Source: Trypanosoma brucei
Taxonomy: Eukaryota
Direction: 5' to 3'
Assembly (NCBI GenBank): GCA_000002445.1
Contig: AL929603.2
Span: 928,001 to 992,000 of the forward strand
DNA length: 64,000 nucleotides
The notes under the pieces were generated by a model. The model was not told the origin of the DNA. It ran no database searches and saw only the letters and a program-made list of their open reading frames with translations. The position numbers were made by a program, and so were the translations under genes. Shown here in pieces: positions 22,296 to 34,749 of this stretch; the stretch's first letter is position 1; the number at the start of each line of letters is the position of its first letter.

Positions 22296-23831
22296 CGGTC
22301 CAACTGAGTGGTGAGCACTCCATCGAGTCTGTGTGGTGATGCTGTGGACGGCGTGTCCCCACTGGTTGGACTGTAGTTTCTTCCCTCCCTTTTTTTATAT
22401 TACGTTATGTTTTTTTTTTTCATTTTCCACTCCCTTTCTTTGCCGTTTGCACTTTGCTCGCTTGCATTAAGGATGTCTTGGGGGTCTCTGGACCGAGTGC
22501 TGTAAGGAGGAGGGGGCAATCCTTCCCTATACAAATTACCACATATACTCATTTACACTTATACACATATACGCTTTCTATCAATCCCCACTATTTATAT
22601 ATACCGATTCAATTATATGACCATGGAAAAAACATATATACAACTTCCTCCGTATGTAACAGCTTCCCCCGGTACGGCACATAGACCGTCACGGGCCTCC
22701 CATTGACATAACTTGTGCAAGACTCCTGTTCCCTGCTAATTGCAGGGAAGAGACGGCTAATTGGAACTACACCTTCCTCACCCTCATTGTTTTCATTGTT
22801 TTCTTTTGTATTTCTATTAACCTAAGATAATTTCACTCGCTGTACTTTCTTCCCTCCCTACATCTATATGTTCCCTTATATAACTTTTATACACATGTTT
22901 TTTCCTCTCTTTTTCATCCTATACAAACATATAAGCATACCTATATACACGTATATACATACATATATATGTTTGTTTTTATATGCCGTGACTTTGTTTC
23001 TTTTTTCCCCTTTTTATCTCTTTTTATCCCTTTCTTTCTTTTTTTACTTTTTCATTTTGAATGCCCTTATGTAAGTAAATGCTTCTTACTAATAGAGGAT
23101 TGTCCTTGGCAATTTCTCTCTTATCATTTTATTTTCCTCTCCCTTGTTCTTTTCGTTTTATATCATTTTTCATTTCGTTTCATTTTATATCATTTTTCAT
23201 TTCGTTTCATTTTATATCATTTTTCATTTCGTTTCATTTACTATTTTATTTTACTTTCGTTTCATTTACTATTTTATTTTACTTTTGTTTCTATTTTTGT
23301 TTCCGCTGCTCACACACACACACACACACACACCCTGCTCTTCCAGTTGCATGACATCATTACACACTAATTGCAGTGGTGCTCCATTTGCTGTTTGCTG
23401 AAACGTTTGATTTATTTCTTGTCCCTTTCCTCAAGCATCTCTTCGTTTAGGCAACACACCATCTTTATGACAAGTGTTTATTGTAATTGTGGTGTTGTGT
23501 GATGCAGCGGTAGATTGGACGTGTGTGTACACTTGCAGCAGTGCCTCGCACAAATCGTATCTCCTCCCGGGACTTGTGCATGCAAGTTCCCCAATTTTTA
23601 ACCCGTGGCCTTGTCACCCGTTACGCTGTGTCTGCTTTTCGTTTGTTTTGTCTCTTTCTCCCAAATTCCTTTTTGCTTCTACCTTCTGTTTATTGATGCG
23701 TGTGATAGTGTTTTCCGCTATCGGGACCAGAAGACCATAAGCAAGGTAACATCTGAGGCCAACCCAATTGCCATCATTTTCTTTGTCGTGAATTGTGAAG
23801 CAAACCTTTACCAAGCGTTATTTGAATAGCG

Positions 23832-25424
23832 GTGTACACGATGTTTTTGAAGGAGGGAAACAGTGAAATGCGGTTGAGCGGAGCTACGTTCTTGAAGGGC
23901 GCTGTTGATGATTTCAATGCATGTGAGTCCCCTGTTTTATCATCCGGAAGCAGTTTGGTTCTTACAAGTCCTGCTCTGAGCACCTCAGACACGTGCCGAT
24001 CTGCGATGCGTGAAACCATCCCTTCCGTTTGTGCTGGCGCAGGCCTCAGCAGTCGCTGCTCAACTGATTGCACTGTGCTGAAGTGTGTGAACCCGCTGCA
24101 TGTTAAGTTCCAGGAGCCGTCAGGGTTGTCAGGGGCTGATTCAGTGGACTCGTTTGACTCGTTGGGTGACCTTTCCGAGTTGCATGAGGAACATCAACAT
24201 GTTTCTTCTGTTGCCTCTGAAAAGCCTTTGACCCTTCACGATGTGCCGGAATCCGTCCTGTATGGTGCCATTCCATACCTTTCCCTTCCAGACGTCATTG
24301 CCTTATCACGGACATGTAAGAAGTTTCACAAACTGGTGCAGGGATACTTTGCAGTGAATGAGCATGGCGTGATGAGCATCCCCGCCTTTGACACCCGCAG
24401 CTTCATGCAGTACCGTCCAGAGAGGAAACCTCCGGTAACGAAGGCGTCATCTATGGAACCCGCAACGAAAGCTTCGGACGTGAAACCCATCCGTCTGTTT
24501 TTTGGCCAGCAACGACGGGACCCACACCCCTCAGCTCTACGGCGTCTGCTGCGCTTCATTGCACCTGACCTTGTGATTGCTCACATGGAGGCTCACACGA
24601 ACCCAGTTAACGGTCGTGGCAAAGGCTGCGCGTGGGTGTTCGCCCTGTCACAATTGGATGCGGAGCGACTGTTACGACTCAGTGGGCGTATCTTCCTTGA
24701 CATAAATTCTAATGGTGAGGAGGTATACCTGTTCGCTCCCCCTAACTGCCGAGAGTGGTTGAATGAGCACGCGGAGTGTGCAGTCGCTTCCGCAGTTCGT
24801 CCAAGTCACTTGCCACGACAGCCGATGGTTGTGGAAGCCCCCAGGAAGTCGAGTGCCAAAGTGGAGAAGGGGTTGGAACAATGTGTGCGTCCCCATCCAC
24901 AACATCGCGGTGTTACGGAGCAGCAGGCACCCGTCGCGGCGGCCCAGCAGATGCCCGACTCTGTGGAACCATTGGTACGAGTTGGGTCTCCACAGGATGA
25001 GGGCCTGCAGCAGCAGGAGCGGCCGTCCGAGGCGTGGACGACCAGCAATCATTTGCAAGGCGACTCAACACACGGAAGGCGCAGGTCAGGGGAGGCTCTG
25101 CAGTCGGGTGAGTCCACACCTGAGCGTTTGCAAGCAAGGCGCCGCCCATGGTTGGTTGCGGCGGATGCTTCAGCCACTCAGCGTGCCAGGGAACTTCGGT
25201 TTTGCAGCAATTCCTCAACTTCTCTTCATCATGAAATGTGGGGATTCCACCCGGGAGCACGCCTTGGCTCTGGGGTAGGCGGTGACAGATTTATTGCGTG
25301 TCCCGAGACGACAACACGCACTGTGCCCCACAACGTGTACACAAGCACTATATGGACAGGCCCTAGGCGGTTCCGGCACGACCCGTACGTGTACGGCCCA
25401 CTGTGCGTACTAGCGGCATCTTAG
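23832..25424 (+). CDS. CFB1: CFB1-like F-box protein, array copy 5 (530 aa)
   Basis: Variant T18/F27 and NHLQGD. Short-type spacer. Confidence 0.8.
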   Translation: MYTMFLKEGNSEMRLSGATFLKGAVDDFNACESPVLSSGSSLVLTSPALSTSDTCRSAMRETIPSVCAGAGLSSRCSTDCTVLKCVNPLHVKFQEPSGLSGADSVDSFDSLGDLSELHEEHQHVSSVASEKPLTLHDVPESVLYGAIPYLSLPDVIALSRTCKKFHKLVQGYFAVNEHGVMSIPAFDTRSFMQYRPERKPPVTKASSMEPATKASDVKPIRLFFGQQRRDPHPSALRRLLRFIAPDLVIAHMEAHTNPVNGRGKGCAWVFALSQLDAERLLRLSGRIFLDINSNGEEVYLFAPPNCREWLNEHAECAVASAVRPSHLPRQPMVVEAPRKSSAKVEKGLEQCVRPHPQHRGVTEQQAPVAAAQQMPDSVEPLVRVGSPQDEGLQQQERPSEAWTTSNHLQGDSTHGRRRSGEALQSGESTPERLQARRRPWLVAADASATQRARELRFCSNSSTSLHHEMWGFHPGARLGSGVGGDRFIACPETTTRTVPHNVYTSTIWTGPRRFRHDPYVYGPLCVLAAS

Positions 25425-26894
25425 CGGTCCAACTGAGTGGTGAGCACTCCATCGAGTCTGTGTGGTGATGCTGTGGACGGCGTGTCCCCACTGGTTGGAC
25501 TGTAGTTTCTTCCCTCCCTTTTTTTATATTACGTTATGTTTTTTTTTTTCATTTTCCACTCCCTTTCTTTGCCGTTTGCACTTTGCTCGCTTGCATTAAG
25601 GATGTCTTGGGGGTCTCTGGACCGAGTGCTGTAAGGAGGAGGGGGCAATCCTTCCCTATACAAATTACCACATATACTCATTTACACTTATACACATATA
25701 CGCTTTCTATCAATCCCCACTATTTATATATACCGATTCAATTATATGACCATGGAAAAAACATATATACAACTTCCTCCGTATGTAACAGCTTCCCCCG
25801 GTACGGCACATAGACCGTCACGGGCCTCCCATTGACATAACTTGTGCAAGACTCCTGTTCCCTGCTAATTGCAGGGAAGAGACGGCTAATTGGAACTACA
25901 CCTTCCTCACCCTCATTGTTTTCATTGTTTTCTTTTGTATTTCTATTAACCTAAGATAATTTCACTCGCTGTACTTTCTTCCCTCCCTACATCTATATGT
26001 TCCCTTATATAACTTTTATACACATGTTTTTTCCTCTCTTTTTCATCCTATACAAACATATAAGCATATCTATATACACGTATATACATACATATATATG
26101 TTTGTTTTTATATGCCGTGACTTTGTTTCTTTTTCCCCCTTTTTATCTCTTTTTATCCCTTTCTTTCTTTTTTTACTTTTTCATTTTGAATGCCCTTATG
26201 TAAGTAAACGCTTCTTACTAATAGAGGATTGTCCTTGGCAATTTCTCTCTTATCATTTTATTTTCCTCTCCCTTGTTCTTTTCGTTTTATATCATTTTTC
26301 ATTTCGTTTCATTTACTATTTTATTTTACTTTTGTTTCATTTACTATTTTATTTTACTTTTGTTTCTATTTTTGTTTCCGCTGCTCACACACACACCCTG
26401 CTCTTCCAGTTGCATGACATCATTACACACTAATTGCAGTGGTGCTCCATTTGCTGTTTGCTGAAACGTTTGATTTATTTCTTGTCCCTTTCCTCAAGCA
26501 TCTCTTCGTTTAGGCAACACACCATCTTTATGACAAGTGTTTATTGTAATTGTGGTGTTGTGTGATGCAGCGGTAGATTGGACGTGTGTGTACACTTGCA
26601 GCAGTGCCTCGCACAAATCGTATCTCCTCCCGGGACTTGTGCATGCAAGTTCCCCAATTTTTAACCCGTGGCCTTGTCACCCGTTACGCTGTGTCTGCTT
26701 TTCGTTTGTTTTGTCTCTTTCTCCCAAATTCCTTTTTGCTTCTACCTTCTGTTTATTGATGCGTGTGATAGTGTTTTCCGCTATCGGAACCAGAAGACCA
26801 TAAGCAAGGTAACATCTGAGGCCAACCCAATTGCCATCATTTTCTTTGTCGTGAATTGTGAAGCAAACCTCTACCAAGCGTTATTTGAATAGCG

Positions 26895-28334
26895 GTGTAC
26901 ACGATGTCCTTGGAGGAGGGAAGCAGTGAAATGCGGTTGAGCGGAGCAGCGTTCTTGAAGGGCGCTGTTGATGATTTCCATGCGGGTAAATCTTCTGCTT
27001 TGTCATCTGGTAGCAGTCCTGCGCTTACTGTGTCTGTTTTTAGTACGCCGGCGTTCGGTTGTTCGACATTTGGTAACTCATCGCCGGTTTGTGGCGGCCA
27101 TGAAGCCAACTACGAAGCTGTTGCGCTCCGTGATGCCCCCTTGAGCAGTCGAGGTATCGTTGCTTGGGATAGGATGAAGTGTGAGAGCTCACTTTTTGTG
27201 AAACTTCAGGCGTCTTCAGGGTTGTCCGGAACCGACTCAGAGGACATAGCTAACCCGTTAGTGGATCTTTCGGATGCTTGCGGAACAGATGCCCTTTCCG
27301 AGTTGCGTGAGGAACATCAACATATTTCTTCTGTTGCCTCTGAAAAGCCTTTGACCCTTCACGATGTGCCGGAATCCGTCCTGTATGGTGCCATTCCATA
27401 CCTTTCCCTTCCAGACGTCATTGCCTTATCACGGACATGTAAGAAGTTTCACAAACTGGTGCAGGGATACTTTGCAGTGAATGAGCATGGCGTGATGAGC
27501 ATCCCCGCCTTTGACACCCGCAGCTTCATGCAGTACCGTCCAGAGAGGAAACCTCCGGTAACGAAGGTCACAGCCGCGGGACCCGCCCCTAAAATTCCTG
27601 GTGTGAAACCCATCCGTCTGTTTTTTGGCCAGCAACGACGGGACGTTTATCCCTCAGCTCTACGGCGTCTGCTGCGCTTCATTGCACCTGACCTTGTTAT
27701 CACTCACATGGAGGCTCACGTGAATGAGGCAACTGGTCGGGGCAAAGGCTGCGCATGGGTTATTGTTCCTTCAGTGTTGGAGGCGAAACGACTGTTACGA
27801 CTCAGTGGGCGTATCTTCCTTGACATAAATTCTAATGGTGAGGAGGTATACCTGTTCGCTCCCCCTAACTGCCGAGAGTGGTTAAGTGAGTACGCCGACT
27901 ACGTTGTCTCCTCAACAACTCGTGCAAGCCATCTTCCGTACTTACCAATGGTTGTTGGAGTACCGAAGAAGGAGTGTATATATGTACGTGAGCTTTTGGC
28001 ACCTTATATTTATGATCCCAATCGCGGTGACTGTCCGCCATATGCCGACGCGGTTTCGGAGTTTAAGGGCTTATTGGAGGATCATGCGTTACTTCCAGTA
28101 TCTTCCGCCGTATCGGGCATTATTCCTCCTTTTGCTTCTGTTCCTCCTATGGTGCAGACTTGCATGTTTTCTTCCTCTTTTGATCGTAGAGAATACTTTG
28201 AAGCCCCCAACGTTTATACCAGCACGGTGTGGACTGGCTTCAGTCGGTACCGCCATGATCCGTATGTGTTTGATCCACTACGGGAGCCAACGAACATGTT
28301 ACCGCTGCATGAAGTGGATTACGCTGAGATGTAG
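26895..28334 (+). CDS. CFB2: CFB2-like divergent F-box paralog (479 aa): mosaic of CFB1-identical blocks and unique sequence, with C-terminal 'RYRHDPYVF' MKT1-binding-type motif
   Basis: The ~370 nt upstream (26528-26894) is near-identical to the CFB1 upstream region. The protein N-terminus is partly related ('MYTMSLEEGSSEMRLSGAAFLKGAVDDFH'). Central blocks 27296-27565 and 27600-27890 are near-identical to CFB1 (F-box and RRM-like region). The N- and C-terminal thirds are unique, and so is the downstream flank. Confidence 0.75.
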   Translation: MYTMSLEEGSSEMRLSGAAFLKGAVDDFHAGKSSALSSGSSPALTVSVFSTPAFGCSTFGNSSPVCGGHEANYEAVALRDAPLSSRGIVAWDRMKCESSLFVKLQASSGLSGTDSEDIANPLVDLSDACGTDALSELREEHQHISSVASEKPLTLHDVPESVLYGAIPYLSLPDVIALSRTCKKFHKLVQGYFAVNEHGVMSIPAFDTRSFMQYRPERKPPVTKVTAAGPAPKIPGVKPIRLFFGQQRRDVYPSALRRLLRFIAPDLVITHMEAHVNEATGRGKGCAWVIVPSVLEAKRLLRLSGRIFLDINSNGEEVYLFAPPNCREWLSEYADYVVSSTTRASHLPYLPMVVGVPKKECIYVRELLAPYIYDPNRGDCPPYADAVSEFKGLLEDHALLPVSSAVSGIIPPFASVPPMVQTCMFSSSFDRREYFEAPNVYTSTVWTGFSRYRHDPYVFDPLREPTNMLPLHEVDYAEM

Positions 28335-28339
28335 TGACT

Positions 28340-31300
28340 TCTCTTTTTGTTGATTCGCTGCGAAAATTTTCATATATTAGTGTTTCTTATGCTTCGGTAT
28401 GAAAGTTTTTTCTCTGTCGTAATGATTCGTTACGACCATTGCAGCTGAGTCATTGAGTTTGTTCTCGGTGCGCGTGCCTTTGTGTGTTTTATATCTTCTT
28501 GTTTTACTTATGCTCGGAAGTGCATCTTTCTTTCATGTATGACGGAGTGTTCGTCTCTCTGTACGGTACTTTCTTGCTGGATGGAATGCAGTCTTTCCCT
28601 CCTTTTCCTTCTTTTTTTTTAATTTTTTTTTCTCTTCATTTATATTTTGTGTGTGTGTGTGTTTTTTTTTTATTATTTATATTATTTGATTGGAATGAAA
28701 GAGGCGCTCGCTTGGATGGGATAGTGTTGGGAGAGGTGTTTTGCTGTTCCCTTTCTCTTCTTTTTTTTTTGTTCGTGGGGCTGTTTGGAAGGCGGGAAAT
28801 AATATAATGATGAAAATTGTATAATGATGCAGTTTTATACCAGTTTATGAAAAAAAAAAAGAGGAAGAAAAGTCGGGGAATGGAAGTGAAAAAGAAAAAA
28901 TATAACAAAAGCAAAAGCATGCGCACATTTGTGTATGTATGATGATGTCTTATTATTGCTATTATTTTGTGTCTACCATCTTTGCTCGATTTTCTTTTCT
29001 CATCTTTGCTTTCGCTACATTTACTGAACTGTTTTTCTCTTATACACAAATATAAGTAAATATTTAAATATACCTTCATGAGAAAAGAGAAAAGAGAAAA
29101 GGGAAAAGAGAAAAAAGAAAAAGAAGCGAAAGAAACCGAAGCGAAAAAATGTTTCGGCTCCGCTTTCATTTTTCTGCATCCTCCTTTCTCTCTGTTTTTA
29201 TATCTTTTTGATATATATTTATTTATTTATTTATGTGTGTACGATGCAGCAGTCGGATACGTTTTGCTAATGTAGAACTGAGAGAGCAGGTTCCATTATT
29301 ATTATTATTAATATTCTTATTATTAATGATTTTAGTGGGAAACTCTTCTTTCTTTTTTTTTTTGTTCCCGTCGCAAGAGAAACAGGGAAATAATTGTGTG
29401 AAAAGGAAAAATAAATAAATAAATGAATAGTTGGAAGTGCATGGCCTTCTGTTTTCCTCACTGGAATTCATTTGTTCACCTAATGCAAAACTCAAAAAAA
29501 AAAAAAGCAAGAAATGAACAGAAGAGAGGGGGAAAAAAATGAGGGAAAAATAACTTGTTTTTGGGAGCAATTGGGACGTGTGCGACGGGGAGCTGAGCTG
29601 TTGGAATTTCATTTTATATTTGATTTTTCCAATTCACTTGACTTCATGTTAAGTCGGATTTCGGTTGCAGCAGTTTTATTTCATTTCATCTTTTTTGTGT
29701 GCTTTTTTTTTTCTTCTCCCCTCCTTTTCACCCTTCCATTCTTTCATCTTTTATTATTTTCATTATTACTTTGAGTGTAATTCTGCATCATATGTATATA
29801 TATATATATAAATATATTTATATATATAAATATATTTACATACATATATTTGTTATTTCATTTTATTCTCCCGCTTTCCAAACAGTTTTTTTTGTTTGCG
29901 CGTGTTCTTGCGAGTTTTATTATCAGTTTTATTATTATTATTATTGATGGTGTTTTCGTTTTTTTGTACTAAGTTTATAGAGTTATGGGAGGGAAAATGA
30001 AGGCACAAAAAGCAGAAAGAAAGAGGAAAAAAAAAGAAAAAAAATGAAGCTGAAATGATTTCGAGTGAAATTTTTTCTTTTCTTTTCTTTTTTTGCTCGT
30101 TTTTATTTCGTTTTGTTGGGTATTAATAAAATATTTGTTGCTATTATCTACAGAGAAGCAAACAAATATTTATTATTAATCTGTTCTTTCTTCTTTTTTT
30201 TCTTTTTGTGCCTTTTGAGTGGGCTTATATTATTCTTAATATCACTTCTCCCGATTATTATTATTATTATTAATATATTATTATTATTATCCGCCAGTGA
30301 GTCGCCATCATTATTCATTTTTCATCCATCTCAAGAAGATAAAACAAAACAAGACAACAGTAATAAAATCAATTTAGCAAAAAAAAAAGTGAAAATCGAA
30401 AAAAAATCGAAACATAAAAGAATATGGAAAAAAAAAAGAAGAGAAAATAATTATTAAAAAAAAAAGAAGGAAGGGAGAGGAGGTATTTGCTCCTTTTTGT
30501 TTTTGTTTTTGTTTTTTTTTCCACCCACACACGCTTAAAAGTTTGTATGACGTGCAGTCGTATGGCTGTAATTTTTCTGTTGTGCATTCTTTTGGTTTGT
30601 CTTTTTTTTTTTTCCTCCTCCCCCCCCCAATAATCTTCGTATTCTAGTTGTTTCTAATTATTCTCATATAAAATATATAAATATATAAATGAATATATAA
30701 ATGAAAGGTTAAATATATTTATATATATAAATATATATTTAATCAGATGTACAGATGTATGATTGCGTGTTGCTGATGAGTAGCCGCATATTTAATGTGT
30801 GGCGGGAGAGGTGATGAATCACTATTTGGCACGTGCGAAAGCGAAATGACGGTTTTCTTTTTATTATTATTATTATTGATGTTTTTTGTTTTGTTGCCTC
30901 TCTGATGTATTTCACCGTCATACCACCTTGTTCATTTTTTATATTTGTTTATTTATTAGTGTTTGTATATGCGTTTGTTTGTTTGTGTTTGTTTTTGTTT
31001 TTGTGTTTGTATTTGTGTTTGTGTAGTGAAGAAGATTATGATGATGATGATGATTATTATTATTATTATTATTATGAAAATGATGATGATAGCAAATGAA
31101 TTAGATAATTATATGGATATGAAAGTGTGTGAAACGGTACACGTGATTTGAAATGAATCGATGTAAATGAATTGCTAGTTTCCTTCTACATGAGGGTTCA
31201 ATTTATTTCATTTCATTTATGCATTTAAATATCTATTTGTTTAGTTAAAAACTTGCAAAAAAGAAAAAGAAAAAAAAAGGAAAGAAAAAAAAAAGGAAAA

Positions 31301-33191
31301 GAAAAAGAAAAATTAAAAATTAAAAAAAATGTGAAAAAAAAAAGAGTCAGACAGGCACAAAAACACAAACACGCAAACACACGCATATGCGCACACATAT
31401 AAATACACATATAGATAAATACAAATAATGATGGGAAAAAAAATGTAAATAGCTATTACTATTATTACTATTATTATTATTATTACTATTATTATTATTG
31501 TTATTAGTTCGTCATTATTATGAGTTTTCGCTTTTTGTTCATTCCCCATTTGCACAAAACATATGAAACACACACATGTATGCATATTCGCGTCCATTCG
31601 CTCATAGAAAGCAGAAAAGAAGAAACAAAAACAACAACAACAGCAACAACAACAGAAAAAAGATTCAAATGACAAAAATCATCAGAAGAAAAAAAAAGAA
31701 AAAAGAGAAAACGTTTATGTAAATATAATTAAGAAAAGTTACGTTAGCGTTTGGATGCGGGCGCATATTTATGTGTTTTGTGTGTTTTATGTGTGTGGAA
31801 TAAATGTTTGAGGAATGAAATAATGAGCTGGCAGAAGCTGACGGTACGAAATGACAGCAAAAAACAATAACAACACCCCTCATCTTTTTCTTTTTCTTCT
31901 TTTTTTTTTTTCATCATTTTCTGAATGGGAAATTTCCCTTCTTTTTCTTTTTTTTCTTTTTTTCTTCTTTTTTTTCCACTCATGAGTTTCATTTATTTAT
32001 CTATTTGTTGAATGACTGATCGTTTCCTGTACTACCTTTTTTTTATTTGAAGCTCAGGGTGAAGTGATGCGTTTCATTTGCATCATTATTAACAACAAGA
32101 AGTTCAAAGAAAAGAAAAAAAAACGAAAGAAATAAAACAAAGCGAAAATAAAATAAAATAAAATAAAAAAAGAACAAAAGTAAAATCAAGTGGGAGAGCA
32201 ATTCGTTTGTTTTGATTTGATTTGATTTGGTTTCATCTTATATTTTTAGTTCAACAAATAAATAAATAAATATGTTGCCTCAAAAGCGCGAAATGAAAAT
32301 GAATGAATGAATGAATGAATGTTAAAGAAACCCCGCCCCCCCCCCCCCCAAAAAAAAAGAAAATAAAAAAATGACAAAAAAAAAACACAAACCTGCAATT
32401 AAAAAAAAAAAACAACAAAACAACAACAACCCACTAAACAAAAAAAAAAGAAGAGAAATTGTAAAAAAAAAAAGGAAACAACACAAAATAAATAAATGTG
32501 TTCATTTTTAGTAATAACAACAGGTAAGAGACAGAACCAAAGAGAGAGAGAGAGAGAAAAAAAAAAAAGGAGATGAAGAAGAAGAAGGGGGAGGGAGATA
32601 ATTTTCCTTTTGCCATCCTCTACCTTCTTTTTTTTTCCTTTGTTCTTTAAAATTATTATTCCCTCTTATCCTTTTTCTCTTTTTGAAAAAAATAAATTAA
32701 AAAAAAACAAAGTGAGTTTAAACAAAAAATAAATAAATAAATAAACAGGCGACGCGGCTCAAATTAAAAATGACTATTTTCCCTCCCTCCCTCTCTCTCT
32801 CTCTTACTTTACTTTGCTTTGCTTTGATTTGATTTGATTTGCTTTTTCTTGTTTTAATTCTTTACAACAAGAGGAAAGTTCAGAAGTGGGAAAAGTGAGA
32901 AAATGTTTGTTCTGCGCGCGTGTTTGTATTTAAAAGAAGCAACAAAAAAAATAAAAATAAAAATAAAAAAATAAAAAAAAAAGCGAGAAAAGAAAATAAA
33001 AAAGAAGACAACAGAAACAAGAAGCAAAAGAAGAAAGATGAAATGAAATGAAATGATATGATGTTTCGATTGGAAGGAAAATGAGGACATGCAGAGAAAC
33101 GGTTTTTTTTATTTAAAAAAAAAGAGGAAAATAAAGAGGAAGCTGAAGAAAAAAACAAAACAAAACGAGCAGACAAACGAATCAGTCATAA

Positions 33192-33222
<31 letters not shown>

Positions 33223-34700
33223 GTTGTGACTATTATTATTATTATTATTGTTGTTGTTGTTGTTATGAATCTGAGTGGAATGCAGCATCAGCAGTAACAT
33301 CAACGAGAGAAAAAGGAAGGGAGATCAAAGAGACATGACAACACGAAATTAAAGAGAAGAAAAATAAAGATAAAAACGAAACAGAAAAGATGAAATGAAT
33401 GAATGAGAGAAAATTGAAGTTATTTCTCTTTTACCCAACGCTTTGGATTTTTTTTTTGTTACAGGTGATTATGGCGAAAAGCGAAAAAGGGAGAAGAGAA
33501 ACAACGGTTGCCAAATCCCAAATCCAAGCAGAGGGTTAAGAAAATAAAAGGAGAAATAAAAAAACAAAAACAAGTTGCCACTGAAGAGTTTTTTAAAACT
33601 TTCTTATGTTTGTCCCTTTGCCATTTCATTATTACCACGATCATCATATACGTATACATGCAAATATATAAATATATAAATATATAAATATATAATTTAT
33701 ATATATATATATATTTATATTTATTTATGTGCGTGTTTCGCCGCATTTTCTTTCTTACTTTTCCGTCGTGTTTGTGCGTTTTTCCTCTTTCCTCTTTCCT
33801 CTTTCTTTTTTTTTTCTTCGTTTTGCTTTTTTTTATTTTTTTTAAAAATATAATTGCTCACCTCCCTCTTTCTTTCCTTCCTTCCTTCCTGTATTCTTTC
33901 CCTCTCTTCCACTTACCTTTTTTTTTTCTTTTTGGTGTGCGTTCCCTGAGGTATTTTTGAACGTTTTAGAGATAAACACCTCGGGCTGAAGTGAATAAAA
34001 AAGGAAGAAAAAGAAAAAGAAAAAAAAAGGAAGTAACAAATAAGGAGAAAAGGAGAGAAGGAAAGGAAAAGAGAAAAAAAGAGTGAGAGAAAAAGAAAAA
34101 GAAAAAGAAAAAGGAGAAAGAAGAAAACCCAAATTGAACGCGGAATCGCATATTAGAAATACGAAGAGGAGAAAATATGTTGACAATATTAAAATAAAAA
34201 TAAAAAAAAAAGCAACGACATATCATCATCTACAGCATCATCTCCATATGATTTAAAAATGACAGTGCCCTTCAGTGGCGTTTCTTTCTTATTGAATTTC
34301 AACAAATTCCTCATCTTTATCTGTTTATTTATTTATTTATTTATTCGTCCATTCACTTCCTCTCTCACTTGTCTGCCTTTTCTTTTCTTTTCTTTTCCTT
34401 TCTTTTTTTTTCCTCTCTAAATTTATGAATGCTTTGTTTCAATAATTTCTACAGTTGGCTTGTGGTACTTAGTGTGGATAGAATAGGAGAAAAGTACTTG
34501 CCAACATTTAAGGTGAAGATTTTTGTTGTTTTTTTTTTGATTTGTTTACATTCAAATTATAATTAGTTTCACATTTATTCATTTAAAGTTGTTGAATTAA
34601 ATCGGGTGCGATAGGGTATTACACACGGGAGCAAACGCATTACGGTGAATTGCTTAACGTGTTTGAAACTTTTGCTCTGACGAGAGTTCGGATAAGAAGT
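28340..34700. repeat. ~6.3 kb gene-free, AT-rich, microsatellite-dense interval downstream of the CFB2-like gene
   Basis: No ORF longer than 177 aa, and all are low-complexity. Dense (ATT)n and (TTA)n at 33190-33260, (AATG)n at 32288-32312, poly-A, poly-T and poly-C runs at 32335-32350, (GA)n at 32535-32560, and (ATAAATAT) repeats at 33660-33700. Polypurine and polypyrimidine blocks alternate. Confidence 0.8.
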
Positions 34701-34749
34701 TGTGTTGTGTGGATTAGGACGGACAGACAAGAAAAAAAAAAAGAAAATT

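Larger units (their letters stand above)
11012..28334 (+). repeat. Tandem gene array: five ~3.06-3.13 kb near-identical units plus a sixth, divergent terminal unit
   Basis: The unit-defining string 'ttatgacaagtgtttattgtaattgtggtg' recurs at 11018, 14146, 17209, 20336, 23465 and 26528. The periods are 3128, 3063, 3127, 3129 and 3063 nt. The ORF track shows identical 530-aa proteins and identical flanking short ORFs in every unit. Confidence 0.97.

Noticed and set aside
29078-34229. Numerous 60-177-aa ORFs on both strands in the gene desert
   Set aside because: All are F/L/S/K/E-rich products of homopolymer or microsatellite DNA. None has non-repetitive sequence.
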